A stretch of DNA of 64,000 bases. Origin: Octopus sinensis. Its lineage: Eukaryota. Positions 1 to 11,845 of this stretch are shown in pieces (positions within the stretch are counted from its first letter, which is position 1; each line of letters begins with the position of its first letter). The translations under genes were made by a program, and so were the position numbers. Location: the NCBI RefSeq assembly GCF_006345805.1, contig NC_042998.1, positions 136,710,001 through 136,774,000 of the forward strand, written 5' to 3'. The notes beneath the pieces were generated by a model. That model saw only the letters and a list, made by a program, of their open reading frames with translations, had not been told where the DNA came from and did not search any database.

Positions 1-31
<31 letters not shown>

Positions 32-45
32 CAACAACAACAATA
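1..45. repeat. (AAT)n/(AAC)n microsatellite
   Basis: Direct reading of the sequence. Confidence 0.95.
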
Positions 46-602
46 ATAAATGCCCTGATGTAGTACCAGGCACTTGCTTTCATGCCTTCTCATCTTAACT
101 GATTGGAAATGTTATCATGTACATTGTTTTGTCATGGTCTAAAAAATGAGCTACAACAAACATTCGGCTCAATACCACATATTTACTTGTCAGTTGTTTG
201 ACCATAACCAGTTTAGCATGTACCTTAGTGGCTGACGATATGTGCATCTCTGATCACGAGCAGAAGTAGCGGGGAAGCATCATGGCCATGTGTTGAGAGG
301 AGTTCTTTGGGGTTGGATAATTCACCTCTGGAAACATGGGTGTTTCGTTTATCATACTTAAACAACCCTTATCCACGGACCATTTGAGCGGAATGGGCTA
401 CTCGACCTGACGAAAATTCTAACTGGGCCCCACCTGCAAGGTAATGCGCTGTTAATCTTGATATAAGATCACCATATCGTGCACATGTAGTTGTGATTCA
501 TGTGCCTGGTTTACCCCTATCAGACGGGTAGGCATGATAAGTATACTGGGCTTCATATATTCTACCCCAGTGTCACTTTGATGGAATGCACTACTCTCTT
601 AC
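46..602. repeat. Probable interspersed repeat (SINE/LINE tail-like) between two (AAT)n tracts
   Basis: More GC-rich non-coding block ending in a ctactctcttactct-type tail and flanked by microsatellites. No second copy in the window, so the family is unassigned. Confidence 0.35.
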
Positions 603-643
603 TCTATAATAATATAATAATAATAATATAATAATAATATAAC

Positions 644-686
<43 letters not shown>

Positions 687-711
687 TAATAATAATAATA
701 ATAATAATAAT
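603..711. repeat. (AAT)n microsatellite
   Basis: Direct reading. Confidence 0.95.
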
Positions 712-715
712 TTAT

Positions 716-912
716 ACTGAAGGCACAAAGCTTGAAATTTGGGGAAACGGGACTATTCGATTACATTGACCTCAGTGTTTTATTGGTATTTAATTTATCG
801 ACCCCGAAAGGGTGAAAAGCAAAGTCGACTTAGGCGGAATTTGAACTCAGAACATAGATACGGGCGAAATACCGCTAAGTATTTCGCCCAGCGTGCTAAC
901 GATTCTGCCAAC
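716..912 (-). mobile_element. tRNA-derived SINE, family A
   Basis: Minus strand has A-box-like TGGCAGAATCG and B-box-like GAGTTCAAATTCC. The body (aaagtcgac...ggaatttgaactcagaac) recurs more than 10 times in the window. Confidence 0.85.
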
Positions 913-947
913 TGATGATGATGATGATGGTGGTGATGATGATGATG

Positions 948-995
<48 letters not shown>

Positions 996-999
<4 letters not shown>

Positions 1000-2074
1000 T
1001 ATCTACTTCAGAAGGAAGGAAAACTGATACAAATAGCGGCAAAACACGAGCAAAACAAAAAACTGTTCTCAGTATTTAAGGAAGCTGACAAATACAAACA
1101 AGAAATCATACCACCTAACAAATATAAAGAAGAAGAAGAAGAAGATGAAGAAACAACAAAAGCTATAAAACAAATGAAATCCAAACTAAAACTAGAACAG
1201 CAACGAACCATGATAAAACGATGGCAAGAAAAACCCCTCCACGGTAAATACTGGACTAAACTAAATGCAAAAGAAAAATCCCAGCAATGGTTGAGAAGCT
1301 GAGGACTCAAAGCAGAGACAGAGGGATTTTTAATTGCAGCACAAGACCAAAGCCTCCCCACATGAAATTACCAAAAACATGTAATGAAAAGAAATATAAC
1401 AAGTAACTGCAGAATATGTGGAGATGGACAAGAAACAATAAATCATATTATCTCTGGCTGCCCAGTCCTGGCTAAGAAGGAATATATTCACAGACATGAC
1501 AGAGTTGGAACCTACATACACTGGAAGCTATGCCAACATTATGGAATAACAACAGAAAAAAGATGGTATAGGCACACACCAGAAAAGGTCACAGAAAACG
1601 AGAAAGCAACCATACTCTGGGATATGCCGATACACACAGATAGAGAAATTAAGGCCAACAGACCAGATATAGTTGTCAGAGATCATGAAAGAAAAAAATG
1701 CTTTCTAATTGATGTATCAATACCGGCAGATGACAACGTGTCTCTAAAAGAAATGGAGAAACTTTCAAAATACAAAGACCTGGGAATGGAGGTAACCAGA
1801 ATGTGGAATCTAAAAACAGAAACAATTCCTATCATAGTAGGTGCATTAGGCATGATAAAAAATATTCAGACAAATACATAACAAAAACACCAGGACTTAC
1901 AAACACATATAACATACAGAAAATTGCACTACTAGGCAATGCACACATCCTACGCAGAACACTTTCCATACAATAACCATCAGAGCATCACAACAAATCA
2001 CAGCACATACCCAAGGCACACAGAGCTGCGCTCGGTAGTGAAGTGAAAGCACGCTATAAAAAATAAAACTACTG
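996..2074 (+). mobile_element. 5'-truncated R4/Dong-clade non-LTR retrotransposon (CCHC knuckle + restriction-like endonuclease), pseudogenised
   Basis: ORF 1384-1881 has CRICG..ETINHIISGC (CCHC) and NRPDIVV..LIDVSIP..EKLSKYKDL (RLE). Upstream in frame is KAETEGFLIAAQDQSLPT with TGA stops at 1300 and 1363. A frameshift near 1860 precedes the ..IQKIALLGNAHILRRTLS tail. Flanked by (AAT)n on both sides. Confidence 0.9.
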
Positions 2075-2104
2075 AATAATAATAATAATAATAACGATGA
2101 TGAT

Positions 2105-4780
2105 GATTCCTTTTATTTTCCACCAGGGCAAAGGATGAAGGAACAATACAAAGACCGACATAAGGTGTTGTGGTTTACATATAATGAAATGATTTAAAAA
2201 AGTATACCCGGTATACATTAGAAGAAGGGAAGTATACATAGTATATGACAGTGAGAGAATAAAAAAAGGTGATAGTGATAAGGTCCTCTTGAAAAAGGAG
2301 GACCTCTAGGTATAATCGAAGGACCCCTACCATCCAAGATGTCTCTGAATACCAAATTCAAGCGCCCTCTCTAACTCTTTTCCTCCGACTTACAGGTCTA
2401 CACTTAGATCGGTACCACCCATTCTTGCCATTTTCGCAACTTTCACCAGCCTTATTTATAACTTCATTTGGGGACAGCATCTATCTCTCCACCGTCACTT
2501 TCCTATTTAATTGAAACTTGAAAACATTGATGAAGGTTTTACCAAAAAGGAATGTGTCTGTCCTCATTTCCTTTCAGCCTCTTTCGCCACAACCACCAGG
2601 CAAAGAAAAACAGCCAGGCCTACCCAAATAAAGGAGGGCGGCAGAGCAATCATCACCATGAACTCGGCCGACAGACGGATCCATACCACAGGCGACAGCA
2701 GCTGTTCGACATTACTACACAAGTCAGCATTGTCCGGACACTGAACGAGTGCTTGCAGAACGGCTTCGTCTCTCGGTGCACACCTCGGACAAGCCTATCT
2801 GATAGTACATCCATGCCTGTAGAGTTTATCTCGAACCAGTAGCGCTCCCCAATAGCGCTTCCCACACCCAGTTACACTGTCAGGCCAAAGACATCTGGAA
2901 ATTATCCATAGTTACTCTCGACTGGAAAGTCCTCTGGAACAGACTAGCCAGTACTTTTTCGTCAACGCCCAGTATCTCCCCGAGAACGTCGTCGCGCTTC
3001 CCTGCTACTAATGCTCTATATATAACTAAAGTGGAACATCCTATTGCACAACTGGTAGAGGACTGTGAGCACCTGACGATATTCCAGGTGCCAGCGCCCA
3101 ATCTCGGTCTCTCCTTCACCCAGGACTGCAGCTCCGTTAAAGACGTCTCACAACGGAAAGACGTGTCTCACAGCGGAAAGACGTGTCTTACAACGGAAAG
3201 ACGTGTCTCACAAACAAGGTCCACACATGTTCACCGTCTAGAAATCGCTGCAAGTGGCGCAACCGGAATGTGTACTTGTGCATCAAAAGCCATGACATGC
3301 CTAAGCCGCAATGCAGAGGGAGCTGGCAGCAGATTGACCATCTGACCATCGGAATATGTCCCTTCTAAAGAAAATAAACAGTAACTGAAGCAAGGCACGA
3401 CGGTCGGACGATAAATGATGACAGAGGCGATGTAGGCAATCGCCTCCTCTGCCCGACCTTTCAGGGATAGCTTTCTCTCTGCCCATCTCCGAGTAAGACT
3501 GGCTACCCTGTTTGTCACCTCGTACCAATTCTTATCCAACTGGAGGTCGGGACCGAACCAGAACCCAAGCAATTTAACTGGTCCGTCAGTCTAACCTCCG
3601 ACGTTATCTTACCGACTTGTCAGCGTTGGTCTTGGCCCCTGCAATCGACACAAATTCCTTTACGACATAATCTTTAACTGTTCCAACTTCTGAAGCAGTG
3701 GCTCAAGAGCCAGCACATACAAAAGAGGTAACAGCGGGCAGCCCTAATGGACAGAACATGCGGTGCGAAACGGTTCTGATAGGTGCACCTGTGCATTGCA
3801 ATAATCCAGCTTCTGAAAACAGGTCCAAAACCAGCCGCTATACGGACGGCTTCCAATAACGATGGTCGACCCTATCGAATGCTTTCGACTGATCAAAATT
3901 GATCAGGGCCTCACCAAAGCGAGCTGTAGTCCCAGCCCTCTCTACAATATATCGCATAAGGTAGAGGATGTTCCTCTCCGACCAGACTATTGACAAAAAG
4001 CGCCAACCTTTTCGCTAATATCTTGACCAGAATCTTAAAATCTATGCTTAGCAGAGTTATGGGCCGAAAATTCCCTAGCTTGTCCACATTGTCGGCGTTC
4101 TTTCTCAGCAGCGTTACCACACCCCAGCTAATTCTCCTGTTCTGCTACTAGTTACTGTAAGAGGCTGTAAGAGGCTGCCAAATAAATCTGGCATGAGGAC
4201 ATAGAATTCTTAGGGTAGACCTTCCAAACCGAGGCAATTTGTGACTCCTGTAATTCATTGGATGTAATCGGCTTTTCGCAGAATCTCGCGTACGCTCTCG
4301 AAAACCTCGGAAGGCCGTTCAGGTACGAAGTAAAGTACCGTCGTTGACCCATCACCCTCCCCAAACAGCCGTGCAAAGTGTTGCTGGAAAGCGGCACACA
4401 TCTGCTCGAAACTGTATAGCACTCGCCCGTCCTGATCCGTCGAAGACCTGATCGTGGTTTTATTGCCACGTCTCGTCTCTACCGTTCGGGCCATCGCACG
4501 GGCTTTAGTTCCTCCGTGTTTTAGCGCACGGGCCAATATATCCTTCGTGTTTCGCCTCAAAGACATTGTCATAAGCCATTCTAACCGCTGAAACGTCGGT
4601 CACGATGCCTTCGCTAATCGTCTCTTCTAGTTTTCTAACTAATCTGTTCACCCTCTAATCTGTTTCTTCCTACGACTAAATCTTTGCTAAGCGGTATCGA
4701 TTCTACTCTAAACACTCTCTTCAAAGCGACCCCTTACTGGTTGTTATGACGACGAGGGCTCCAGTTGGACCAATCAAAGG
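2105..4780 (-). mobile_element. Degenerate L1/Tx1-clade LINE, ORF2 (RT and C-terminal) fragment with 3' UTR
   Basis: Minus-strand fragments GNFRPITLLSIDFKILVKILAKRL (3911-4120), LGFWFGPDLQLDKNW..LSLKGRAE (3231-3572) and ..RGNKTTIRS..AFQQHFARLF (4255-4572), with many frameshifts. The 3' end aaataaaaggaa abuts (ATC)n. Confidence 0.8.
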
Positions 4781-4789
4781 AACACCCTG

Positions 4790-5036
4790 CTCATGAAATG
4801 AACGTGCAGGTGGCTGACCACTCCACTGAAAAGCGTACAGTTAACGTATTTCTCATGGAGATTCAGCATGATACAGAATGTGACAAAGCTGGCCTTTTGA
4901 ATTACAGGTGCAACCCATTTTTGTTAGTTGAGTGGACTGGATTAACGTGAAATGAATTGTCTTGCTGATCGACACAACGCACCACAGAAATCGAACTCAC
5001 GATCGTGCTTCGAATATTCTAACCACTAAGCCACCC
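4790..5036 (-). mobile_element. tRNA-derived SINE
   Basis: Minus-strand head gtggcttagtggttagaatattcg...gtgagttcgatttc with A/B boxes. Confidence 0.7.
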
Positions 5037-5359
5037 CCAAGATATACATATATATATGTATGTATGTATATGTATACACACCCACACCCACACACACACA
5101 CACACCCACGTGTACTGTAGATAGTGAGTTAATTGTACATGACATCGGCACACAGATGAAAACTGAAAAATACAGGTATAATACATAAATATCAAAAACA
5201 AATAGATAATACAACAAAGACAGAACACACATACACACATATATATATGTGTGTGTGTGTATGTATGTATGTATGTATGTATGTATGTATGTATGTATGT
5301 ATGTATATGTATATATATGTATATATATGTATATATATGCATATATATGTATATATGTA

Positions 5360-5419
<60 letters not shown>

Positions 5420-5538
5420 TTTTATATTTAGGAATGGTCATATTGCCAGTTTAGCCAATAAAACACACGCACTATATATTTGGTGTTATTTTGCTTCAGT
5501 GATATTTATTTCTTACATTAATCTTAATCTTATTTCGG

Positions 5539-5578
5539 CCAAAGTTCTTTCGTCACACTCCTGTGACCGCATCAGTGG
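5539..5578 (-). ncRNA. Degenerate hammerhead ribozyme motif (mirror of 11511-11550)
   Basis: Reverse complement reads cca CTGATGC g gtcac-loop-gtgac GAAA gaac tt tgg; core position A9 is C. Confidence 0.5.
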
Positions 5579-5908
5579 TCCTTTGTTTTCTTCTCACTTA
5601 CTTGTGTCTCTCCTTACTAACCGTCAGCCATTTTGTATTTCTATTGTATGTCTTCATTTGCGCATGCTTATATCTCTATGTGCGTCTATGTTTATTTAGT
5701 GTGTGTGTGGGGGGGAATGCCTGTAATATTTGTATCTTCTGGTTATATACATTCTTGTAATTTGTATTTTGTTTTTGTTGTTGTTGCTTTTGTTCTAATT
5801 TTGTTCATGTGTTTACATCCACCCATTATTATCATTACATATGCTTGTATGTATGTATAACAACAATATTAGTAATAATAATAATAAATCTAATTGAAAA
5901 AAAAAAAA

Positions 5909-5944
<36 letters not shown>

Positions 5945-6080
5945 CATATATATATACATATATACACACACATATACACATATACATACACACATATATA
6001 CACATATACATATATATAGTTATTCATTTCTATTTCTTTAATTATCTGTGTATTTATTATGTTTGCAGGATCCACTATCG

Positions 6081-6317
6081 TCATATGTTGTGGTGTGCGC
6101 TATTGCTCCATTCTAGTTTTCTATTCAGGCTAGGTTTATTTTCTATTATATGTGTAGCTTCTGTAATTTGTCTAATTGTTGCATCTGTTCTATGTGTGGA
6201 CAATATCTTAATCTCTATGTTATTGATTGATCCCCCGTGTTCTTGTTCAGCGTGTTGGTACAGAATCGATGAGCTTTTACCTTCCTTGAGTTGTCTCCAA
6301 TTACAGAAGCTACACAT
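6081..6317 (-). pseudogene. C-terminal fragment of a Penelope GIY-YIG endonuclease
   Basis: ..SSILYQHAEQEHGG..IEIKILSTHRTDATIRQITEATHIIENKPSLNRKLEW matches the typical PLE C-terminus (H..H, R..EA..I...P.LN..E). Confidence 0.8.
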
Positions 6318-6504
6318 ATAATAGAAAATAAACCTAGCCTGAATAGAAAACTAGAATGGAGCAATAGCGCACACCACAACATATGACAATAGTGGATCCT
6401 GCAAACATAATAAATACACAGATAATTAAAGAAATAGAAATGAATAACTATATATATGTATATGTGTATATATGTGTGTATGTATATGTGTATATGTGTG
6501 TGTA

Positions 6505-6557
<53 letters not shown>

Positions 6558-6745
6558 TATATAAAAGGGCTTAGTAAAATATATTACTTTGCCGCATACT
6601 GAACTCATTAGAAATAGCAGCTAAAAAAACTTTTTTAAAACTATTTCTAATACTTAAAGAAAACCTCTCTCATATAGTGTTTGCTCAATTCAACTCACGC
6701 AAATATGGGGGTAGAGACATTAAAAAATCAAGTGCAAAGGTTATT

Positions 6746-6798
6746 TGAGAACGTACGTTTCAAGATTAGTCAAAGTCGACATTTCTATCATCAGCTCA
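6746..6798 (-). ncRNA. Hammerhead motif, inverted copy of 7389-7441
   Basis: Exact reverse complement of the 7389-7441 motif. Confidence 0.65.
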
Positions 6799-7388
6799 GA
6801 ACTCCCTGGTTTGGATTTGAAAACACTGAAAGTGGGAGCATACCCTTTCGGCTTCCTCTCGCTTCTGAAGATCTGCTCGTAACTAACAGTGCCAACAAAC
6901 TCAAAAATGCAAGCGAAGAATTTCTGCTCTCCCCTTTCCACCAGCGTGGGTTAAAATCAGTAAACACTATGCTTTTTTCGGTAAAATCCGCGGCATTATA
7001 TAGAGAGAGATGAATTATAATTTCAACAAGTATGCGGCAAAGTAATTTATTTTACTAAGCCCTTTTATATAATGTAATAATTTGAATTCGCCTTAAATGG
7101 TCCCTTTGCATACTGAATACTTGGTGAAATTGATTAATTAATTAATTTTACCCTCAATTGTTGAAATTATAATTCATCTCTCTCTATATAATGCCGCGGA
7201 TTTTACCGAAAAAAGCATAGTGTTTACTGATTTTAACCCACGCTGGTGGAAAGGGGAGAGCAGAAATTCTTCGCTTGCATTTTTGAGTTTGTTGGCACTG
7301 TTAGTTACGAGCAGATCTTCAGAAGCGAGAGGAAGCCGAAAGGGTATGCTCCCACTTTCAGTGTTTTCAAATCCAAACCAGGGAGTTC

Positions 7389-7441
7389 TGAGCTGATGAT
7401 AGAAATGTCGACTTTGACTAATCTTGAAACGTACGTTCTCA
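7389..7441 (+). ncRNA. Type I minimal hammerhead ribozyme motif
   Basis: tgag CTGATGA t aga..tct t GAAA cgtacg t t ctca: stem I tgag/ctca, intact core, palindromic stem III AACGTACGTT, GUU triplet. Confidence 0.65.
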
Positions 7442-7848
7442 AATAACCTTTGCACTTGATTTTTTAATGTCTCTACCCCCATATTTGCGTGAGTTGAATT
7501 GAGCAAACACTATATGAGAGAGGTTTTCTTTAAGTATTAGAAATAGTTTTAAAAAAGTTTTTTTAGCTGCTATTTCTAATGAGTTCAGTATGCGGCAAAG
7601 TAATTTATTTTACTAAGCCCTTTTATATAATGTAATAATTTGAATTCGCCTTAAATGGTCCCTTTGCATACTGAATACTTGGTGAAATTGATTAATTAAT
7701 TAATTTTACCCTCAATTGTTGAAATGTATATATATAAAAACTTAGATAAAACTTAGATATGTTTCGACCAGAGATTGGTCCAGGCCATGTCTAACTTAAT
7801 AGCACCACCTGATAGGATTATTCGAATCCTGTTTAAGTCAAGTTTTGT

Positions 7849-10800
7849 TCAAGTAGTGAGTTCTTGTTGGGTGAGTTGTATCCAGTTTTGTTCAAGTAGT
7901 GAGTTCTTGTTGGGTGAGTTGTATCCAATTATGGGTGGCTTGTCTGGTATTCTTTGAAGGAATCTATCCAGACTCTGTTTGAAGTTGATGGGATCCTTTT
8001 CCTCTTTGATCTCCCTCGGGACAATGTTAAATAGGGCAGGGCCTGTTGAGGAAAAGAAATTATGTTGCAGTGTACATGTATGTTGTGATCTTGAATTTGG
8101 CAGGGGACGTATAGCCCGTGGTCCAAGTCTCGGATGAACCTTGAAGCTAATGTTTAGGTCGTTTGGGCAAAGTTGGCGGTATATTTTCCACATCGTACAA
8201 ATGATGTACCGCTCACGGCGACGCTGGAGGGAGTAAAGTTTCAAGGCTTTAAGGCGATCCCAATAGTCGAGAGCAGCCATGCCTTCAATTTGTTTAGTGA
8301 GAGCCCTCTGGGGTGACTCAATTCTGGAGATGTTTTGTCTTGTGTGAGGAGACCACAGTGGGCAGCAGTATTCAAGGTGTGGCCGTACAAAGGATGAAAA
8401 AAGTGGTATGATGACACCTTGTTCTCTGGACCGGAAAGTTCTTAAGATCCAGGAACTCATCCTACGAGCTGTATCGACCTTCTTGTTGATGTGTGCGCTC
8501 CAACTGAGATCGTCATCAACAATTACACCCAGGTCTCTGATATTGTTAGAGGCTGTGAGCGGTTCCCCTGAAGGAAGAGAGTATGGTTGCTTTAGTGAGG
8601 AATTTCTTCCAAAATGCATCAGCTCAAATTTTCCCTCATTCAGTTGCATTTTGTTTCTGTCTGCCCATTGACTCACAGCATATAGGTCAGACTGGAGTTG
8701 AGTTCGGTCTGCTTCTTCATTGACGATTTGCTGGAGCTTAGTGTCATCAGCGAATATTTTCACTTTGCAGTGATGTACGACACTGGAAAGGTCGTTTACA
8801 TAAATTATGAAGAGTAGCGGACCCAAAACAGTTCCCTGGGGAACACCGCTGGTGACTTTTGCTGGGTTTGAGTGGACTCCATCAACTACAACATGTTGTG
8901 TTCTATTCGCTAGGAAATACTGAATCCAGTGTAGAACTTTTCCACGGATTCCAACATTTGCCATTTTGAGAGTAGGATGTTATGGTCTACCCTGTCGAAC
9001 GCTTTACTGAAGTCAAGGTATATGACGTCAGAGTTCGAACCTGTTCCCAAGGCTTTGAGTACATCTTCAATGTGGTGTAAGAGCTGTGTTAGACAGTCCC
9101 TGCCACAGCGAAAGCCATGTTGATTTGAATTTAGGAGTTTGTGGGTCTCCAGGAAGTCAGCTATCCTTGATCTTAACACTCTTTCAAACACTTTAATGAT
9201 GTGGGAGGTGAGTGAGATTGGGCGATAGTTGACTGCGAGGGATCTGTTTCCCTGTTTGAAAACCGGGATGACCGACTGGGATAGAAACTTTTTCGGTATA
9301 TAACCTGCGTCTAACGAGTTTCTCCAGAGGTTGATCAGAGGGACTGCAAGTTGATATCTACATTCCTTCAGGAGACTGGCGGGAAATCTATCAGGGCCTA
9401 CAGCGGAGTAATGTTTGACCTCATTTATTGCTGCTACGATGTCGGTGGCAGTGAAGGTTATGTCTGCGATTTTGTGTTGGGAGTCAGCTTCGTTCGTTTC
9501 CCTCACAACAATATCAGTGGGAACACTGAAGACAGAGCAATATTGTTTCTGCAGTATTTCTGCCATTTCTTTAGCATCGTGTTGGGGAATGCCGTTTTCA
9601 TCAATCAATGGCCCAATAGGTGAGACAGTGGTTCTATGCTTATTTGCATAAGAATAGAACACTTTTGGGTTCTGTTTGATGTTTTTGATTACCCATTGTT
9701 CCTCCACAGCTCTTTGATTTTCAATGGAGGTTTTCATGTTAGTCTGCAGATGAAGTTTTTCCAGCTCTAGTCTTTTCATTATTGTTGAATGTGGATGTTG
9801 CGTGTGGGAATATTTTAATTGGTTGATTTTTTTGTTGAGTCTTTTGATGCGCCTGATGAGTGTTTTTTCTTTTTAGGGAGCCGGTTTCTGTTTGTGTTAG
9901 TAGATTTCTTGGGAGCGTGTTTAGAGCATGTGTCGGTGACAATGGTTTCAAAGTGCTGCCACGCGGTCTCAATATGAGGGGAATTGAGAGTAAAAGACCA
10001 GTCGATGGAAGACAGATCCTTTCTGATTGTTCCCCAGTCCGCTTTGTGGAAATTTATGTTGTCAAATGGGTGCCATGGAGTGGGATTGGCTGGTTTGGTT
10101 TTTATACGTCGGGAATTAAGATTGCAGAGTACCATGTCGTGGTCTGAGAGGAGAGTTTTTTCGACTGAAATGCTGTGAACGTAGCTAGAGTGATTGGTCA
10201 GTACCAGATCCAAGATCGTTTTATTCTGTCTCGTTGGTTCAAGCACTAGCTGAGTCAGGAAATACTCATCCATCAGATTAAAGAGCAGTTCTGTTGCTGC
10301 CCTATCTGATGTAGAGCACTTGCCCAACTTCGGAGTATTTGTGGGCCAGTTCACATGAGGGAGGTTAAAATCACCCATCACTATTATGTTTCCGGAGTGG
10401 TACTTCCGAAGGAAGGACTTGACTTTGCTAAGGCACTCTTCAAAGTACTTTAGAGGTGCCTGTGGAGGCCTGTAAAGACCAACAATGGTTATGTCCTTGG
10501 CTTTGTTGTATACTGATACCGATTCACAGTAGCCATTGGAAAATGTGTCCTTGGCATCAAGTGAAAAGGAGTCATGGATAAAGATGGCTGTCCCTCCCTT
10601 ATTTCGGTCTGTGCGATCCGCACGAACAATGGTGAAATCTTTTATTTTCACCTCTGCGTCCATATGGGTGTTGTTCAGGTGAGTCTCGGTAAGGATAAAG
10701 AAAGGGAAGCAATGTGCCATTTCGGCAAGCCAACTCTCTATATATGGGATCTTCCATTTTTGGGCAATAATTGATGGGTTGATGCCACGTACATTTAACA

Positions 10801-10855
10801 GGAATGTCGAGGTAGGGGAAGTTGGTAATGGGTGAGTGGTCCTTGTGATTTGCAT
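7849..10855 (-). CDS. LINE ORF2 endonuclease-reverse transcriptase, split into three frames by two 1-nt deletions
   Basis: ORFs 9815-10855, 8910-9779 and 7849-8964. Adding one A to the A-run near 9865 and one near 8965 gives 3009 nt (1003 codons) with no internal stop. Confidence 0.88.
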
Positions 10856-11157
10856 AGATGGTTGGTGATGGCTCGCTGGATCTCCTGGCTTAGGTCGGCC
10901 TTCATATTTTCCAGGTATGTCAGTAAAAAAGAGTTACTTGTTTGGTTTGCCAGTTGGTCAGAGGATACATATTTCAAGTTGGCGTTATTTGGTGTTTTTT
11001 CCTGGTTCTGTCTACGTAGTTTGATTGTAGGAGGGGAAACGTGGTTGTATTTTGTTCTTGTTGTTGTCCTAGATTTCCTCTGTTCCTGTTCATATCTATT
11101 CTGTGATCGTTTTGTGCCCTTCAGATGGTGGTTGTTGCATTCTGGGTTCAGGCACAT
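10795..11157 (-). CDS. C-terminal part of LINE ORF1
   Basis: Open frame starting with Cys/His residues CLNPECNNHH, overlapping the ORF2 start by 61 nt. Confidence 0.6.
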   Translation of the reverse strand: MCLNPECNNHHLKGTKRSQNRYEQEQRKSRTTTRTKYNHVSPPTIKLRRQNQEKTPNNANLKYVSSDQLANQTSNSFLLTYLENMKADLSQEIQRAITNHLCKSQGPLTHYQLPLPRHSC

Positions 11158-11510
11158 CCTTTGTATATATATATATATATATATATTTTTTCAATTAGAT
11201 TTATTATTATTATTACTAATATTGTTGTTATACATACATACAAGCATATGTAATGATAATAATGGGTGGATGTAAACACATGAACAAAATTAGAACAAAA
11301 GCAACAACAACAAAAACAAAATACAAATTACAAGAATGTATATAACCAGAAGATACAAATATTACAGGCATTCCCCCCCCACACACACACTAAATAAACA
11401 TAGACGCACATAGATATATAAGCATGCGCAAATGAAGACATACAATAGAAATACAAAATGGCTGACGGTTAGTAAGGAGAGACACAAGTAAGTGAGAAGA
11501 AAACAAAGGA

Positions 11511-11550
11511 CCACTGATGCGGTCACGGGAGTGTGACGAAAGAACTTTGG
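11511..11550 (+). ncRNA. Degenerate hammerhead ribozyme motif in the PLE pseudo-LTR
   Basis: cca CTGATGC g gtcac gggagt gtgac GAAA gaac tt tgg: stems I and II intact, core A9 is C. Confidence 0.5.
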
Positions 11551-11845
11551 CCGAAATAAGATTAAGATTAATGTAAGAAATAAATATCACTGAAGCAAAA
11601 TAACACCAAATATATAGTGCGTGTGTTTTTATTGGCTAAACTGGCAATATGACCATTCCTAAATATAACAATATCTGTTTCAACACACGACTTCACATAA
11701 AAAATCTTGCACAACAAATATTTAAACGTATATATATATATATATATACACATATATACATATATACATATATATGCATATATATACATATATATACATA
11801 TATATATACATATACATACATACATACATACATACATACACACAC

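Larger units (their letters stand above)
6556..7725. mobile_element. HHR-containing 558-bp unit: inverted partial copy (6556-7028) plus 1.25 tandem copies (7029-7725); retrozyme/pLTR-like
   Basis: agtatgcggcaaag starts at 7029 and 7587 (period 558). Identical mirror ORFs 6681-7013(+) and 7174-7506(-) show the inverted arms are essentially identical. Confidence 0.85.
7737..11160 (-). mobile_element. Young CR1-clade LINE (end of ORF1 plus complete APE-RT ORF2), 5'-truncated
   Basis: APE motifs (NVRG, TETHL, YRPP, MGDFNLP, LDLVLTN, SDH), RT motifs (NQHGFR, YLDFSKAFDRVDH, GVPQGTVLGPLLF, FADDTK) and the CR1-type end FKQSLDRFLQRIPDKP. 3' tail is (aaaacttagat)x2 at 7737-7758. Both flanks are gtatatatata. 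Confidence 0.92.

Noticed and set aside
3151-3210. CRISPR-like array
   Set aside because: A direct 20-bp tandem with no spacers, inside a eukaryotic LINE; no CRISPR features anywhere in the window.
6681-7506. Twin identical 110-aa ORFs as a duplicated gene
   Set aside because: They result from the inverted repeat, have a TTG start and no motif, and run antisense to the ribozyme.
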